NCBI RefSeq assembly: GCF_963921235.1
Contig: NC_086108.1
Location: forward strand, 89,592,001-89,656,000
Source: Mobula hypostoma
Lineage: Eukaryota
Reading direction: 5' to 3'
DNA: 64,000 bases
The notes beneath the pieces are model-generated. The model made no database searches, was not told the DNA's origin, and saw only the letters and a list, made by a program, of their open reading frames with translations. Made by a program: the position numbers and the translations under genes. This document shows, piece by piece, positions 1 to 13,793 of the stretch (its first letter is position 1; each line of letters begins with the position of its first letter).

Positions 1-479
1 GGGACCTCCACCCTTTTTCTACCTATGTCGTTGGTATCAATATCTACCACAATCTCTGGCTGCTCACCCTCTCTTTTCAGGATATTGTGGACACATCAGA
101 AACATCTTGGACCCTGGCACCTGGGACCAAACTACCATCCGGGTTTCATTTTCACATCCACAGAAACTTGTCCCCCTATCTATAGAGTCCCCAATTACCA
201 CTGCCCTCCTTGTCTGTTCCCTAGACTTTTGAGACACAGGGCCAGACTCAGTGCCAGAGGCACAGCCACTGTTGCTTCCTCTGAGGGTAGGTTGTTCCCC
301 CCCCCCCCCACAGCAACACTCAAAATGGAGTGCTTATTGGTAAGGGGGACAGCTACAGGAGTGCTCTCCACTACCTGACACACTCCCTTCCCTCTCCTGA
401 CAGTTACCCAATTACCTGTCTCCTGTAGCCCCGGGGTGACTACCTGCCTATAGCTCTTGTCTATCACCTCCTCACTCAA
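1..479 (-). mobile_element. CR1 LINE ORF1 remnant
   Basis: ORF SEEVIDKSYRQVVTPGLQETGNWVTVRRGKG...VESTPVAVPL closely parallels the CR1 ORF1 at 14955; esterase-region remnant toward position 1. Confidence 0.75.
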
Positions 480-555
480 AGTTCTCTCTCTCTACGAATC
501 GATAGGTCCAACTTAATAGGCTGAAGGCCAGTTTCACCACTGTTTAACTCAAGTG

Positions 556-905
556 TCACATACACAAAATATCAGAGGAGCTCCGCAGGCCAGGAAAAGT
601 GTACAATCGGCATTTCAGGTCGAGACCCTTAGTCAGGACTGGAGAAAAAGAAGATGAAGAGGCAGAGTAAGAGATGGGGGGAGGGAAGGAAGAAACACAA
701 GGTGATAGGAGAAACCGGGAAGTGGGGGTCATTGGGAAGTTGATTGGTGAAAGAGATACAAGACTGGAGAAGGAGGAATCTATAGGAGAGAACAGAAGAC
801 CATGGAAGAAAGGAGGGAGGACCACCAGAGACAGTTGATGGGGAATGGTGAATGGGGGGGGGGGGGTGCATTACCAGAAGTTCATGCCATCAGGTTGGAG
901 GCTAT
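556..905 (-). mobile_element. Penelope-like element 3' terminal-repeat fragment with degenerate hammerhead motif (604-641)
   Basis: Similar to 54464-54940: catgccatcaggttggaggct (end of GIY-YIG), purine-rich tract, gagacccttagtcaggact. Confidence 0.7.
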
Positions 906-2176
906 GAGAGTGTAATTGTGCCAGAGCAGCTCAGAAGACTGTAGGTTCAAGCTCTATTTTGGGCATAATTTAAATGCTCACTTATCTATAGTTTTGAAGC
1001 TACCTTGGACAGTCAAAGATGCCAGTCTTTTAAATAGGCTTTTGACTTGAAACATTGACCATCACTTTGCCTCCACAGATGCTGCTTGACCAGCTGAGTT
1101 CCTTATGCAATTTGACTTTTCACACTGGATTTCACACTGGATTTCAGCATCGACAGTCTTTTGTGTCACAATTTTACAATTCAATTGCAAAGAATCTTCC
1201 AATGAATGTGCACTTTGAGGTTTTCTTCCTCTCTTCAGGAATTCTGTGATTCCCCCTCTCATGGCTCCCACTCTACTGATTTCTACTGTGCTCCTTATCC
1301 TTCAACACATTTTTGAATTTCAACCCAAAATGCCATTATCTCTTTGCCTCCACAGAAGCAGTCTGGCCCACTGAGTTCCTTCACCATATAACTTTCCTCT
1401 TGTTTCAAGCAATGGCTTCTCTTCCTTCTCTACCACTGGGGATATTGAAGATTGAACCATATTGTTGAGTTCATATTTCTCTTTCAACCAGTGTCACCTT
1501 AAACACTTTAACTGGATATTAATCTTGGAATATGCTTGTGGCTGATTTATCTACCTATACCACATCCATTCTTTTATTTCAAGTAATATATCACACAAAA
1601 AGCTTTGAGAAAGTTTAGTGAAGTTTAGCACTGCTGGGGGAGGCAGTGCAAGCAGATAATACTACAACATCTAACAGCCATTTGGATAGAATGGAGAGAT
1701 ATAAGCCGAATAGACCCAAATGGACTTTGCGTACATGGGTATTATAGTCACTATAGACAAGCTGGTTTATTAAAGATCTACTTCTGTGGTGTATGATTTC
1801 TATGCATATAGAAAATGCACAGAACTTCAGAGCACAGATCATGTCCTGTGCCCCACAATGTTGCACCAACCTTTTAATCTAGGATTATCTGGAAATAGAC
1901 AAAAAAGTAGAACGACTACACACAACTTTTCAAGTTCACTCTAGTATTCCGGATTTTAGATATTTTTTTTGTCTTAGCCCCACCTTCCTCCACCCTGCCC
2001 CCCCGATTCCCTCCTCTCTATTCTGTTGATATTGACTGATCTGTTAACTACCTGCAGTCCTCGGGAAGGGAACTAGACAGCCCTCAGAGTCCGATCCTCC
2101 TAAAATGGTGATGCTTAAAAGATGCTCTCTAAATATGTATATTTTTTCTCTCCTCTCTCTTCTGTACCTTTTCATC

Positions 2177-3905
2177 TCAGAATCAGGTTTATTATCACCG
2201 GCATGTGACCTGAAATTTGTTAAATTAGCAGCAGCAGTTCAATGTAATACATAATCTAGCAGAAGAGAAAAAAAACATAAAAATAAATAAAATAATAATA
2301 ATAAATAAGTAAATCAATTTCTGTATGTATCTGTGTGTGTGTGTGTGTGTGTAGATCTAAAAAATGTGCAAAAGCAGAAATACTGTATATTTTTTAAAAA
2401 GAGAGGTAGTGTCCAAAGATTCAATGTCCATTTAGGAATCGGATGGCAGAGGGGAAGAAGTTGTTCCTAAATCGCTAAGTGTGTGCCTTCAGGCTTCTGT
2501 ACCTCCTGCCTGATGGTAACAGTGAGAAAAGGGCATGCCCTGGGTGCTGGAAGTCCTTAATAATGGACACTGCCTTTCTGAGACACTGCTCCCTGAAGAT
2601 GTCCTGGGTACTTAGCAGGCTAGTACACAAGATGGATCTGACTAGATTTACAACCTTCTGCAGCTCCTTTCAGTCCTGTGCACTAGCCCCCCCCCACCCC
2701 CAATACCAGACAGTGATGCAGCCTGTCAGAATGCTCTGCACAATACGTCCCTATAGAACTTTATTAGTGTATTTGTTGACATGTCAAATTTCTTCAAACT
2801 CTGAATGAAGTACAGCCACTGTCTTGCCTTCTTTATAACTACATCGATATGTTGGGACCAGGTTAAATCCTCAGAGATCTCGACACCCAGGAACTTGAAG
2901 CTGCTCACTCTCTCCACTTCTGATCCCTCTGTGAGAATTGGTATGTGTTCCTTCATCTTACCCTTCCTGAAGTCCACAATCAGCTCTTTCGTCTCACTGA
3001 CATTGAGTGCCAGGTTGTTGCTGTTTTGCTGTGGCACCATTCCACTAGTTGGCATATCTCACTCCTGTATGCCCTCTGGTCACCACCTGAGATTCTACCA
3101 ACAATGGTTGTATCATCAGCAAATTTATAGATGGTATTTGAACCATGCATAGCCACACAATCAAATGTATATAGAGAGTAGATCAGTGGGCTAAGCACAC
3201 ACCCCCGAGGTGTGCCAGTGTTGATCCTCAGCAAGGAGGATATGTTATCATCAATCCAGGATTGTGGGAATGATGGTATTAAATGCTGAGCTATAGCCAC
3301 GAACAGCATCCTGACGCAGGTTTTTGTGTTGTCCAGGGTCTAAAACCGTGTGGAGAGCCATTGAGATTGCATCTGCCATTGACCTATTTTAGTGATAGGC
3401 AAATTGCAGTGGGTCCAGGTCCTTGCTGAAGCAGGAGTTCTGTCTAGTCATGACCAACCTCTCAAAGCATTTCATTACTGTCGATGTGAGTGCTACCAGG
3501 CAATAGACATTAAAGCAGCCCACATTATTCTTCTTAGGCACTAGTATAATTATTGCCTTTTGAAGCAAGTGGGAACTTCCACACGTAGCAGTGAGAGGTT
3601 GAAAATGTCCTTGAATACTCCCAGCAGTTGGCACAGGTTTTCAGAGCCTTACCAGCTACTTCATCAGGACCTTCCGCCTTGCGAGGGTTCACTCTCTCTT
3701 TAAAGACAGCCTATCATCAGCCTCTGAGATAGAGATCACAGGGTCATCAGGTGCAGTAGGGATTTTCACAACTGTAGTTGTATTCTCCCTTTCAAAGCCT
3801 GCATTGAAGGCGTTGAGTTCATCTGGTAGTGAAGCATCGCTGCCATTCATGCTATTGGGTTTCACTTTGTAGGAAGTAATGCCTTGCAGACACTGCCAGA
3901 GTTGA
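2177..3905 (-). mobile_element. Rex1/Babar LINE, 5'-truncated and decayed RT
   Basis: Fragments KAIIILVPKK..VALTSTVMKCFERLV..LDPLQFAY, GTPRGCVLSPLIYSLYT, KFADDTTIVG, LNVSETKELIVDFRK, FKFLGVEISEDLTWSQH; 3' end with aataaa and ctgattctga tail; (TG)n and TAA-rich tracts in the 3' UTR. Confidence 0.85.
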
Positions 3906-5784
3906 TATTTATATGTCTGTTTATATATCCTCCAGACAACAATAAATTAATAAGCATTCACCATCTTCTCTATGCCACCACCATCTCTCTTGATCTACAC
4001 CTGACCACAGATATGTCCTTTGTTCTTTCCATTCCTCCGCTGCAATGTAAAATATGCATGCTTTCTAAATTTTCCCAGTCTGCTAGAAGTTCATTAAAGA
4101 AAAATCTTTGAGTTTTACCTTCACGGATGCTAATTGCTGAATATCTCCGGCACTTTGTGTTTGGTTTTACAGATCTTATGATGTGTCGGCCTGTATTTAA
4201 TCAAGTCAGGTCCATTGATATTTAGGAAGGACCTCATTGTCATCATTGTGACAATTTCCCCAATTCTTAATGCCTTTGGTACACACATTCCATGCTTGCT
4301 GATTCATGGAGTCACACAGTAGAGAAACAGGCCTTTGGTGTACTTCATGCAACGTAATCATTTTGTCCATCTACAGTTTTGATTCTTTGGCTTTGATCAT
4401 TTGGAGCCAGTGTAAGACCTTCAGTTGAATGATAAGATACATATTATTTGATGTATTTTCTTATAAGTTATTAGGTTTAGAAATTGTGCTCCTGGTATTG
4501 AGTTCTCTACACAATCTGTCAAATAAACATAAACATATATAATTTGGGAACAGTTATTACCCTACAACCATCATGCTCCTGAACCAGTGTGGATGACTTT
4601 ACTCACACCTACAGACTCACTTTGGAGGACTCCACAAGTCATGAGTCTACAGCTAATGCCCTCTGTAACTTTTTTCTTTGCACAGTTTGTCATCTTTTGC
4701 ACATTGGGTATTTGTCAGTCTTTATTTATGTATAGCTTTTCATAAATTCTGTTGTATTCCTTTATTTTCCTGTAAATGCCGGCTAGAAAATGAATCTCAA
4801 GGTAGTTATGATTACATGTCTGTACTTCAACAATAAATTTACTTTGGGACTAACCATTAGTCAAAGTAGTCATTGTGCAGTATACTCCCACTGGGTGAAG
4901 CTACTCATTGGAAACAAAATTGTCAAAGTTTCCTGAAGATGATGGACAGATAGTGGTTGTGGAACAGTGCACAGCTTTTTTTTTTCAAAGAAACAGAATG
5001 GATATCCTTGCCTGTGTTGTAAATTTGTTTTATTTTTTATAGCCCTGTCAGCATCAACTCTATTTCATATTCCTGTTGTTTAGAAATGAACTGTTTTTGG
5101 TTCATTTTCAATCTCAAATCTATTTGTAGACTTCATACATTTTAATTCTTTAATAGCTCTTGTAGTAATTGGGTAACGGTTGAAATTTTCTGTGAAAATG
5201 TCTCATTACATGGTGTACATTCAGATGATGCATGGGAGAGTTCCTGTCTGCAGATTCACAAGTACGTCCTTTAGGGAATTTGTTCTTCTACTCTGAATAT
5301 GCACAATGCAACTTCCTTCTCTGCCTTCAATAATATAAGAAAAAGAAGCAGGGATAGGCCATCTGGTCCAGTGCCAGCTCCTCCATTCAATAGAGGATTC
5401 TCTTCTGAAACTGCCACTCTCCTCCATTAACCCTATATCCCTTGATTTCCTTAAGAGCTAAAAATCTATTGGTCCTCTTAAAATGCCTGCCATTCTGTCC
5501 ACAATCACAGCCCAAAACATGGAGCAGGGTCAAGGACGACTTGTAAGGTGAGGCCTTTCGCCATTTCGGCATCATCCAGGGATTTCCCACTCCTTTTCTG
5601 GGACCAATACTGGCTATTCATTCTCTTCACCATTCACAAATATCAGCAAGGCTTCTCATCACATTTCCCTGCTGAACACTGGTGGTTAGCTGTTCTCCTG
5701 GCATTCCTCCAATATGGAGCACCTTTAGGCCTCACCATCCCCTGATTTCAGAGTTCATAGTAAATTTATTTTCAAAATACAGAT

Positions 5785-6136
5785 TCATTTATTCATCCAT
5801 TATGTGCCATGTCGTTTGACAGGAGCAATCATGGTTTGGACCGTGATTGTACTTGGCAAATTTTATTACTGGGGCCATTTCTTTACAAGATAGGTGACCC
5901 CCATCCGTTATCAATACACTTCAGAAATTGTCTGCATGGCATCAGTGGTCACATAGACAGGACGTGATGTGCATCAGCTGCTCATACGACAATCCACCAC
6001 CTGCTTCCATGGCTTTACGTGACCCTGATCGGGGAGCTAAGCAAGTGCTGTACCCTGCCCAAGGGAGACCTACAGGCTAACTGAGAGAAGGAGTGCCTTA
6101 CACCTCCTTTGGTAGAAATGTATCACCCCACCACCC
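5785..6136 (-). mobile_element. Short non-autonomous retroelement (probably RTE-related) inserted in a Rex-type 3' fragment
   Basis: Discrete GC-richer unit starting gggtggtggggtgatac on the minus strand and ending in an atgaataaatgaat tail; flanked by caaaataca / caaagtaca. Confidence 0.4.
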
Positions 6137-6387
6137 AAAGTACATATATATCATCATGTACTACCCTGAGATTCCTTTTCTTGCTAACATTCACAGTAGA
6201 TACAAAGAAACACAATAGAATCGATTAAAGAATACGTTGTTGCCGCTTACCAATTTTGAGTTGGTTTCATTCACAACCAAGACCTTACTAGATTCAGATC
6301 TTCCTCCTTCAAGGAGTAGCACCAAGATTTTGAGGATGGAATTCCAGTAGTATCAGCAAGTGAATGGCTTGTCAATGAGGGCAATAG

Positions 6388-6650
6388 AGGGTCATAGCAG
6401 AAAGTGGTGCTGCCTCATGGCTCCCACGGCTCTTATGCTGTCTGTGTGGAGTTTGCACGTTCTCTCTCCAACTGCATGGGTTTATCATGTGTGCTTAAGT
6501 TCTTTCTCACATCCCAACAACACGCCAGTCGATTAACAGAAATCATCCTTAATGTTGGTGAGTGGGATGTACTAGGTGAGAAAATTGTGTTGCAAGGAAA
6601 TGAGTGAAATTGGCTTGAAATCTGGCCTGGACTGGATGTGTTCAATAACC
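6388..6650 (+). mobile_element. V-SINE (HE1-like), decayed
   Basis: Contains ctgtctgtgtggagtttgcacgttctct...gcatgggttt...ttctcacatccc, the V-SINE central domain. Confidence 0.6.
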
Positions 6651-8174
6651 TCCTATAATATAAGAACAGAAGAGGTAGACCGGACAGTAATATCCTAATT
6701 CCTAAGGTCTAAATCTGACCCTCTGCCATGGGCCGTATTCTGTAACTACTGTCAGGGCTACAGAGAAGATTTGTTTGTGTTGTTGTCCTACATCTTGGGA
6801 GCCTAGATGCAGAAATTCCATCCTGTTAACATTTTTGCCACTGGGGAATAATTACTTAAGTATTGTGAGTACTTGATTATTTTGAAAACTGCACTAAGTG
6901 AAATGCTGTCAATCTTCCAGTTTTTGCTAATATTTCTACTGTGTATTAAACCAGTTCATTCAAATTTAGCAGAAAAGACTGCCACATATTATGATGGGAT
7001 TTGCATTTCTTAAACTAACAAAACTTTTTTTCACAATTGTGAGCTTTCATTAAATGTCAATTTTCTTTTAAAATGCCTCAAACTGATACCAAAGACAGGC
7101 TGCCAGCAAAACTCTGGAGACCAGAAACCAACCATACTAGCAGACTTTCAAATGAAGATTGACTGAGAAGAACTATGCCAAAGGTTATGAAGCCTGCAAA
7201 TGGGAATTGTAGCGATGTGAAATACTCCACAAGGGTACACAATTGTTGGTAGTCACAGTTAACTCTCCCTTCACTGATTATGCCTTCAACTTCTTCCTGG
7301 TTAGGGAATCATTTACCTTTTAAATAACTGAATAGGTGTTCATCAAGCCCATCACTCCAACTGTTATACTTACCCCCATCATCCAGCACTATGCATCTGA
7401 GTCTCCGGGAGGATTTGCCTTGTAGAGTGCCATTAATACTGAAGTATAAAATTTCCTAATGTAACTGCCATCCTCTCACTGTGCAATACTGTTGTTTGAT
7501 GATACATAGAATGTAGGCGCTGATTAGCTGAACTCTGAAAAGTTGCAACACACACAAACTGTTGGAGGAACTCAACAGGCCAGGCAGCATCTATGGAAAA
7601 GAGTATAGTCAACGTTTTGGGCCGAGACCCTTCATTGGGGCATCTGAAAGCTTGCACTTGTTCCTCAATCACACTTAATTTACTTCCACACAGAGATCAA
7701 TATGACCCCTATAACTACAATGTTCTGAAGTCTGAGTGAAGAAATGCAAATTTATACAGAAATTCACCAGCTGTATACAAGTATTGATTCAATAGAAATT
7801 TTCTACACTTCCACCCATCATTTGCTTATTTAAGTACCAATCATAATCCATATTTCAGGTGTTAATCAATTACATCCATGTATTGAAGGCCAATAATACT
7901 TGAGCATTAGTAAAATAACTGTCCAATGGTAAGAGCTGCCCTAGAATCCTCTGCTGGCATCTTTGTTTTGTCTTGGTATGCTCAGTGACCTTGGTTCCCT
8001 GGATTGAATAGAAAGGCTATAAAAGAGTTCAGTTTTCAAGTGCCATGTTCAGCTGGATGATTGCACTATGTCTCTGTCAACATATCATCTGGACTTGTCA
8101 TATTAGTACCTCTAACATGCAGAAAGACTGTACAAAGTGCCTGCTCTTCATTCTGTAGCACATATTTTAACCCG

Positions 8175-8755
8175 TCGAGCACCTCCGCTCTGTCCGCCAA
8201 AACAGACAGGATCTCCCAGTAGCCACCCACTTCAATTCTGCTTCCCACTCCCATTCAGATATGTCCATACATGGCCTCCTCTACTGCCATGATGAGGCTA
8301 AACTCAGTCAGGTTGGAGGAGCAACACCTCATATACCGTCTAGGTAGTCTCCAGCCCCTTGGTATGAACATAGAATTCTCCAGCTTCCGGTAATTCCCTC
8401 CCCGTCCCTTCCCCTATCCCTATTTCACTCTGCCCCCTACCCCAGCTGCCTATCACCTCCCTCATGGTTCTGCCTCCTTCTACTACCCATTGTGTTTTCC
8501 CCTATTCCTTCTTCACCTTTCCTGCCTATCACTTCCCTGCCTCCCTTCCCTCATCCCTTTATCTTTTCCCCTTACTGGTTTTTTTCACCTGGAACCTACC
8601 AGCCTTCTCCTTCCCACCCTCCCCCCACCTTCTTTATAGGGCACCTGCCCCTTCCCCCTACAGTCCTGACAAAGGGTTCCGGCCTGAAACGTCGACTGAT
8701 CTTTTCCACGGATGCCGCCTGACCTGCTGAGTTCCTCCAGCGTGTTGTGAGTGTT
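8175..8755 (+). mobile_element. Penelope-like element 3' fragment (end of GIY-YIG plus terminal repeat)
   Basis: Homologous to 56090-56687 (gagcacctccgctctgtccgcc...caggatctcccagt...ggttggaggagcaacacctcata); ends in hammerhead motif and gctgagttcctccagcgtgttgtg. Confidence 0.85.
8661..8698 (+). ncRNA. Minimal hammerhead ribozyme motif with mutated core (CTGACAA)
   Basis: cagtc CTGACAA agg-gttccgg-cct GAAA c GTC gactg; 5-bp stem I. G8>A should impair catalysis. Confidence 0.6.
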
Positions 8756-10204
8756 ATTTTAACCCTTGCTGCAATTTCCACAGGACTGTATGATAATTCT
8801 GATAATGCAAAGAGAACATCACAGTCTTTAAGTGGTCTAAGCTTTTTCCTTTCAGTGCCACAGCTGGAAGCTTGCACCTAGTAATGACTAGTGTTTGTGT
8901 GAAGAAAATCTTCCTGACAATTCTTAATGCATGGCATGCTTCAGGAATTTGGGCCAACGGTCCATTACTCCCAAATAGTGCATAAGATGTCTTTTAAAAT
9001 AAGCCCTTTTTTCCTCTTAATTCACTGCTGAGACTACCCATTTTGTTTTGAATTAAAGCCTTTGTTTCAGTATTACATCTTTGGACATGTTTGAGACTGT
9101 AATTTAGTACATTTTGTGGAACTTTAAGCAGACCTATTTCAACATTTTAGCTATATTGATAACATGAAGTTCAGACACTGCCTATTTAACCTTCTGTTAT
9201 ACCATTTTCTGCACGTACCGTATGTCCGTTCCATTTTGCTTTGTCCTTTTAACTCATTGATTGTTCCTATTTCTTTCTCTTCATAGATTCCTAACTGTTT
9301 CCAGCAAAGTGTCACCATCCTGCATCTTGTACAATCGTATCTGCAAACCAAACAGTAAATCTCTTGTGAACAATTTGTAGCCAATGTGTTATTCCAAATC
9401 AGCCCCGATTCTTAGAGCACTCCACTTAATACAGTGCACTTGAATGATCCACTAACTACATTCCCCATCCAGACATTATTCCCTTAACAATTCCTTTTTG
9501 CTTTCACATTTTGTACTTACTCCACATTTTAGCTTAAATTCTTATGGGTGGGGACATATTACATCCTCTCTTTAGTATATTAATGTGATGCTGTGAACAA
9601 CACATAGAGTAACACAGCACAGATACAGGCCATATGGTCCAAGCAGACCATACAGTTCCCAGCTAGCTGTTCCCAATTTCCTGAGCTTGGCCTGTATCCC
9701 TCTTCCATGTACCTATCCAACACTTCTCAATTATCTTTATAGGCAGGCTCTTGGGATTGAAGGACTCTGAGGTGATTGATGAGGCCAAATATAAGAATAG
9801 CAGGCTGTTCCACAGGTGGGACAGGAATGCTTGATGGGGTGAATTTAATAGGGAGTTTGTGAGGTATGCACTCTTTACTCAAATCAAATTGGGCTATATA
9901 GACCGTCCTCCAAGCATTTTGTCTAAAGAGCCCCATTGTGAGCTTCCCCTCCTTGCCGATTGCCACTTATTGGAGGATTGTGTCTTTCACAACCTGACTT
10001 TGAAGTTGCCCAGTAGGATCAGCTTGCCTTTGGGAATTCACACCAGAACTTTTACAGGGTAAATATATAAGGCCTCCTTGGCCTCATTTATTGTATCTGG
10101 GCTGAAAATATAGGGCTTAGGTATGGTAGTGCAAAGCTTTGCAGCACCAGCTGTAAGATCAGGATTTATTTTCTGCCACTTTTGTACATTCTCCGGATTA
10201 TAAT

Positions 10205-10612
10205 GTCAATGTACAGTATCACAAAAGGCGGCAGAGTGCTGTAAATTTAGCCAGCTGCATCGTGGGTGCTAGCTTCCCCAATAGCGAAGACATCTTGAAT
10301 TGGCGATGACTCAAGAAGGTGGCATCCATTAATAACAACCCTCATCATCCAGGACATGCTTTCTCATTATTACCATCAGGGTGGAGATATAGGAGCCTGA
10401 AAGCTCACATTCAATGTTTTAGGCACAGCTTCTTCTCCTCTCCCATCAGATTTCTGAACAGACCATGAACACTGCCTCACTTTTTGCACTGCTTATTTAT
10501 CTTTTATATATTTCTTATTGTAACTTATAGTAAAGTTTTATGTATTGCACTGTACTACTGCAAAACAACAAATTTCACAACATATGACAGTGATAATAAA
10601 ACTGATTCCGAT
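10205..10612 (+). mobile_element. Rex1/Babar-type 3' fragment
   Basis: gcatccattaataacaaccctcatcatccagg...taccatcagggtggagatataggagcctga...cagcttcttc..., ending gtgataataaaactgattccgat. Confidence 0.6.
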
Positions 10613-12659
10613 TTAATCACTAACGGTATTTAAGCAGATTGCTTTCATTTCTGGCGGTGCCCAATTAAATCTATCAATGTAAGTGGCATGTCATTTTTTT
10701 TGCAACAATAAAGCAAGACAATTTGATCCGGGTTATATTGTAACTATTCAACTCTGGCCGTAAGTTACACCCTAAAGATCTGATTTATATCACTGAAGTT
10801 AGAAATGTGTGTTGGTTGAATGGTGCTGTGTCACGTGCTGGAAGCATTAGAGATGATGTGAATAGTGCAACAAAGGGCCCAGACCAAGCGGGAGTTCTTT
10901 CACCCAATTTACCAATGGGTGATATGCACATAGAATAGCCAATGCAATTTCTAGGCATTACTGGTTTTAAACCTTTGCTGAGGATTGGAGTATCTAGGGA
11001 GGCAATTAAATTGATTGCGGTATGTGAATTGAAAACCCAGCTGAAAGAGCATTTACTGAGAAAATCTATTGTCTATATACAGAAACATCACAGGTAGTAA
11101 ATTAAACTGTATACTGTTTTGAATTCTCAGTATGCTGCCCTTAAACTCCAAATGCATCACACTGTTGTTTATGGTAGTTACCACCATATTGAAATATTTA
11201 ACAAGGTTCTTGCCTCTGTCTATGCAAAGTTGTATTTACTAGATTATTCTAATACAGAAAGTACTGAAACTACTTTTGAGAACTGAGTGAATTATGTTAC
11301 TTGCAACTGGTTCCAGACCGATGGTTTACAATATTAGCTTACTTATAATCCAATAACTATACTTCAAAATTCAGCTACTTTCATAAATTCCATCAGCATT
11401 CACAAAAGCTCATCCACCACCACTCTTAGAATCCTGGACTGAATGCTTGGATCTGTCAATTGGACGTTCATTTATTATGCATCATAAAATCTCACTGGAA
11501 CCACCAATACAGATAGATTATGTCTGCTAGGTTAAGCTAGCATGTATGTAGATGAATGTTCCTGTGTGTTCTGTCACAAGTGGCTCATCTGACAACAAAG
11601 CCTCTACAAATCTTCAATATAATAGTTCGAAATCACACAAGAATCAAATTACCTGTCCGGATGGGTATGCCAGCTTTAATATTTAAGAAACTCATCAGGG
11701 ACAAATCAGTCTGTTAAATCAGCATCTCGCCCACTTAACTAAGTATATAACTGTAGCATATACAGACTGCAAGTTGTATGGCTGCGATCTGCTGAAGTAT
11801 CATTTGACAGTGTATTCTGAGCCATCCAAGCATCTCTGAGGTAGATAAAGTCATTAGCTGAAAACAAACATCATCAGCTTCATGTCCTCCAACTCGTGTA
11901 CCATTCTGGTTTGGAAATACCACCATTATTTCTCTGTCCTGGATCCTGAACTAAAGCCTAAAAATAGTATGACTCTTGCTGTATAAGCCAAAGCAATTAA
12001 AGAAGACAGCTGAGCAGGAATGGACAATATCAATCTCCTGATAATATGATAAAGTCAGCATAGAAAAAAATGTTCATCACAATCTATAATAGATCACCTT
12101 TGAATTTTCATCATGTTGAGACGTTTTATTCTACATACAATGACTAATACACAAGGGAAACGTAACAACTAATCAATATCTTACAATAAGATATAAGAAT
12201 AGCTACATAATTCTTTGCATCTGCTGATAAAAAACGTTGTCTATTACACCAGGAGAATTTTATTTATTTGAGTAGTGCTGCAGAATATTCAGAATCCAGC
12301 TGAACTGAGACTGAGGTTGTGAGCTGCTCCAGGCTTCATGCCTGACGACTCACTTAAGTTCTAAATGCTATTTTCTTACTTTTACTGTTTGCACAATTAG
12401 TTTTTTTTTCTCTCTGCACATTGGATGTTTGAAAGTTTTTTTATGGGTTCTTTTGGGTTTCTTTGTTTTTTGGTCACCCGTGAGGAGACTAGTCTCAAGT
12501 TTGTACAATGTATACACACTTTGATAATAAGAATGTACTTTGAATTTTTGAGCTTTGAACCTGGCCACAAGAATAATCCAAGAAAATTGTGGCCTTTATC
12601 ACCATTGTTTCATTGAGTAGGGCAGGTAATTTCTCCAATCCTGTGTAAGAACAATCAAC

Positions 12660-13793
12660 AACCTCATGAGCTAAAAGACAGGCCGCTGAAGCCAGGCTGA
12701 GTACCCAGACCAACAGTTATGTGCACTGCAGTGGGTTCGGAAGTAGAAAAATGTTCTTTCTGTGAGATGTGGAAACTCTGGAAGAACTCCAGCCTCCCTG
12801 ATAACTACATCTGCATGAACTGTACCAAGCTGCAGCTCCTTAGAGAATGTGTTAAGGAACTGGAGCTGCAGCTCGATCACCTTGGGCTCATACGGGAGAA
12901 TGAGGAGGTACAGGGAGGTAGTTGCATCTAAGTTGCAGGAGGTAGATGCCTGGGTGACTGTCAGCAGAGGGGAAAGGAAGAGGCAGTCAGTGCAGAGTAC
13001 CCCTGGGGCTGTTTCTCTTATTAATAAATTTACCGCATTGGATACTATTTGGGGGGTGGGGGGAATGACCTGCAGGGGGAAGCCAGGTCTTTGTCACTGA
13101 TTCTGCTTCTATGGCTCAGAAGGGAGGGTGGGTCAAGAAGAGTGCAATAGTGAAAGGGGATTTCATAGAGGAGCAGAAAGCAGATTCCGGGGATGTTGAA
13201 GGGCATCCAAGTGGTACGTTGCCTCCCAAGTGCCAGGGTCAGAGATGTCTCAGATTGGATCCACAGCATTCTAAAGGGGGAGGATGAAAAGCTGGAAGTC
13301 ATGGATATGACGTAGTTAAGAAAAGGGAGGAGGTCCTGAAGGGAGAATTTAGGGAGTTAGATGGGAAGTTGAAAAGCAAGACTTCCAAGCTAGTAATCTC
13401 TGGGTTGCTGCCAGTGCCATGCACCAGTAAGGTAAGAACAGGTTGATCTGGCAGATTAATGCATGGCTGAAGAATTGCGGCAGCTGGCGGTATTTTGGAT
13501 ATCAGGGTCATTGGGATCTCTTCTGGGGATGATATGACGTGTACAAAAAGGGCAGATTACACCTTGACCCAAAGGGGACCAATATCCTTGTGGACACTTT
13601 TGCAGGGTTTATACTAATTTTAGCTGGGGGATGGGATACAAACAGAGGCAGGGTGTAGTAGTAAGACTATCAGGAAGGACAGGCAGATGATGGGGCAAAA
13701 TTGCAGTCACTGAGTTGTGTTAAAGTGTAATGGGGGACAAAATCAAACAGGATGATGAATACAAGACTGAAGGTGTTGTATTTGATTGCACAC
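12660..13793 (+). mobile_element. Old CR1 LINE 5' part (ORF1 zinc finger and esterase remnants, start of ORF2)
   Basis: CSFCEMWKLW...YICMNCTKLQLLRECVKELELQLD parallels the ORF1 at 14955; ends at ctgaaggtgttgtatttgattgca (LKVLYL-A, endonuclease start), where a Rex element interrupts it. Confidence 0.75.

Noticed and set aside
1119..1146. 12-bp tandem duplication ttcacactggat
   Set aside because: Ordinary slippage duplication in a decayed Penelope-type tail.
6020..6136. HDV-like ribozyme at the 5' end of the short minus-strand element
   Set aside because: Some P1/P4-like pairing is possible, but I could not build a convincing P2/P3/L3 nested pseudoknot by eye.
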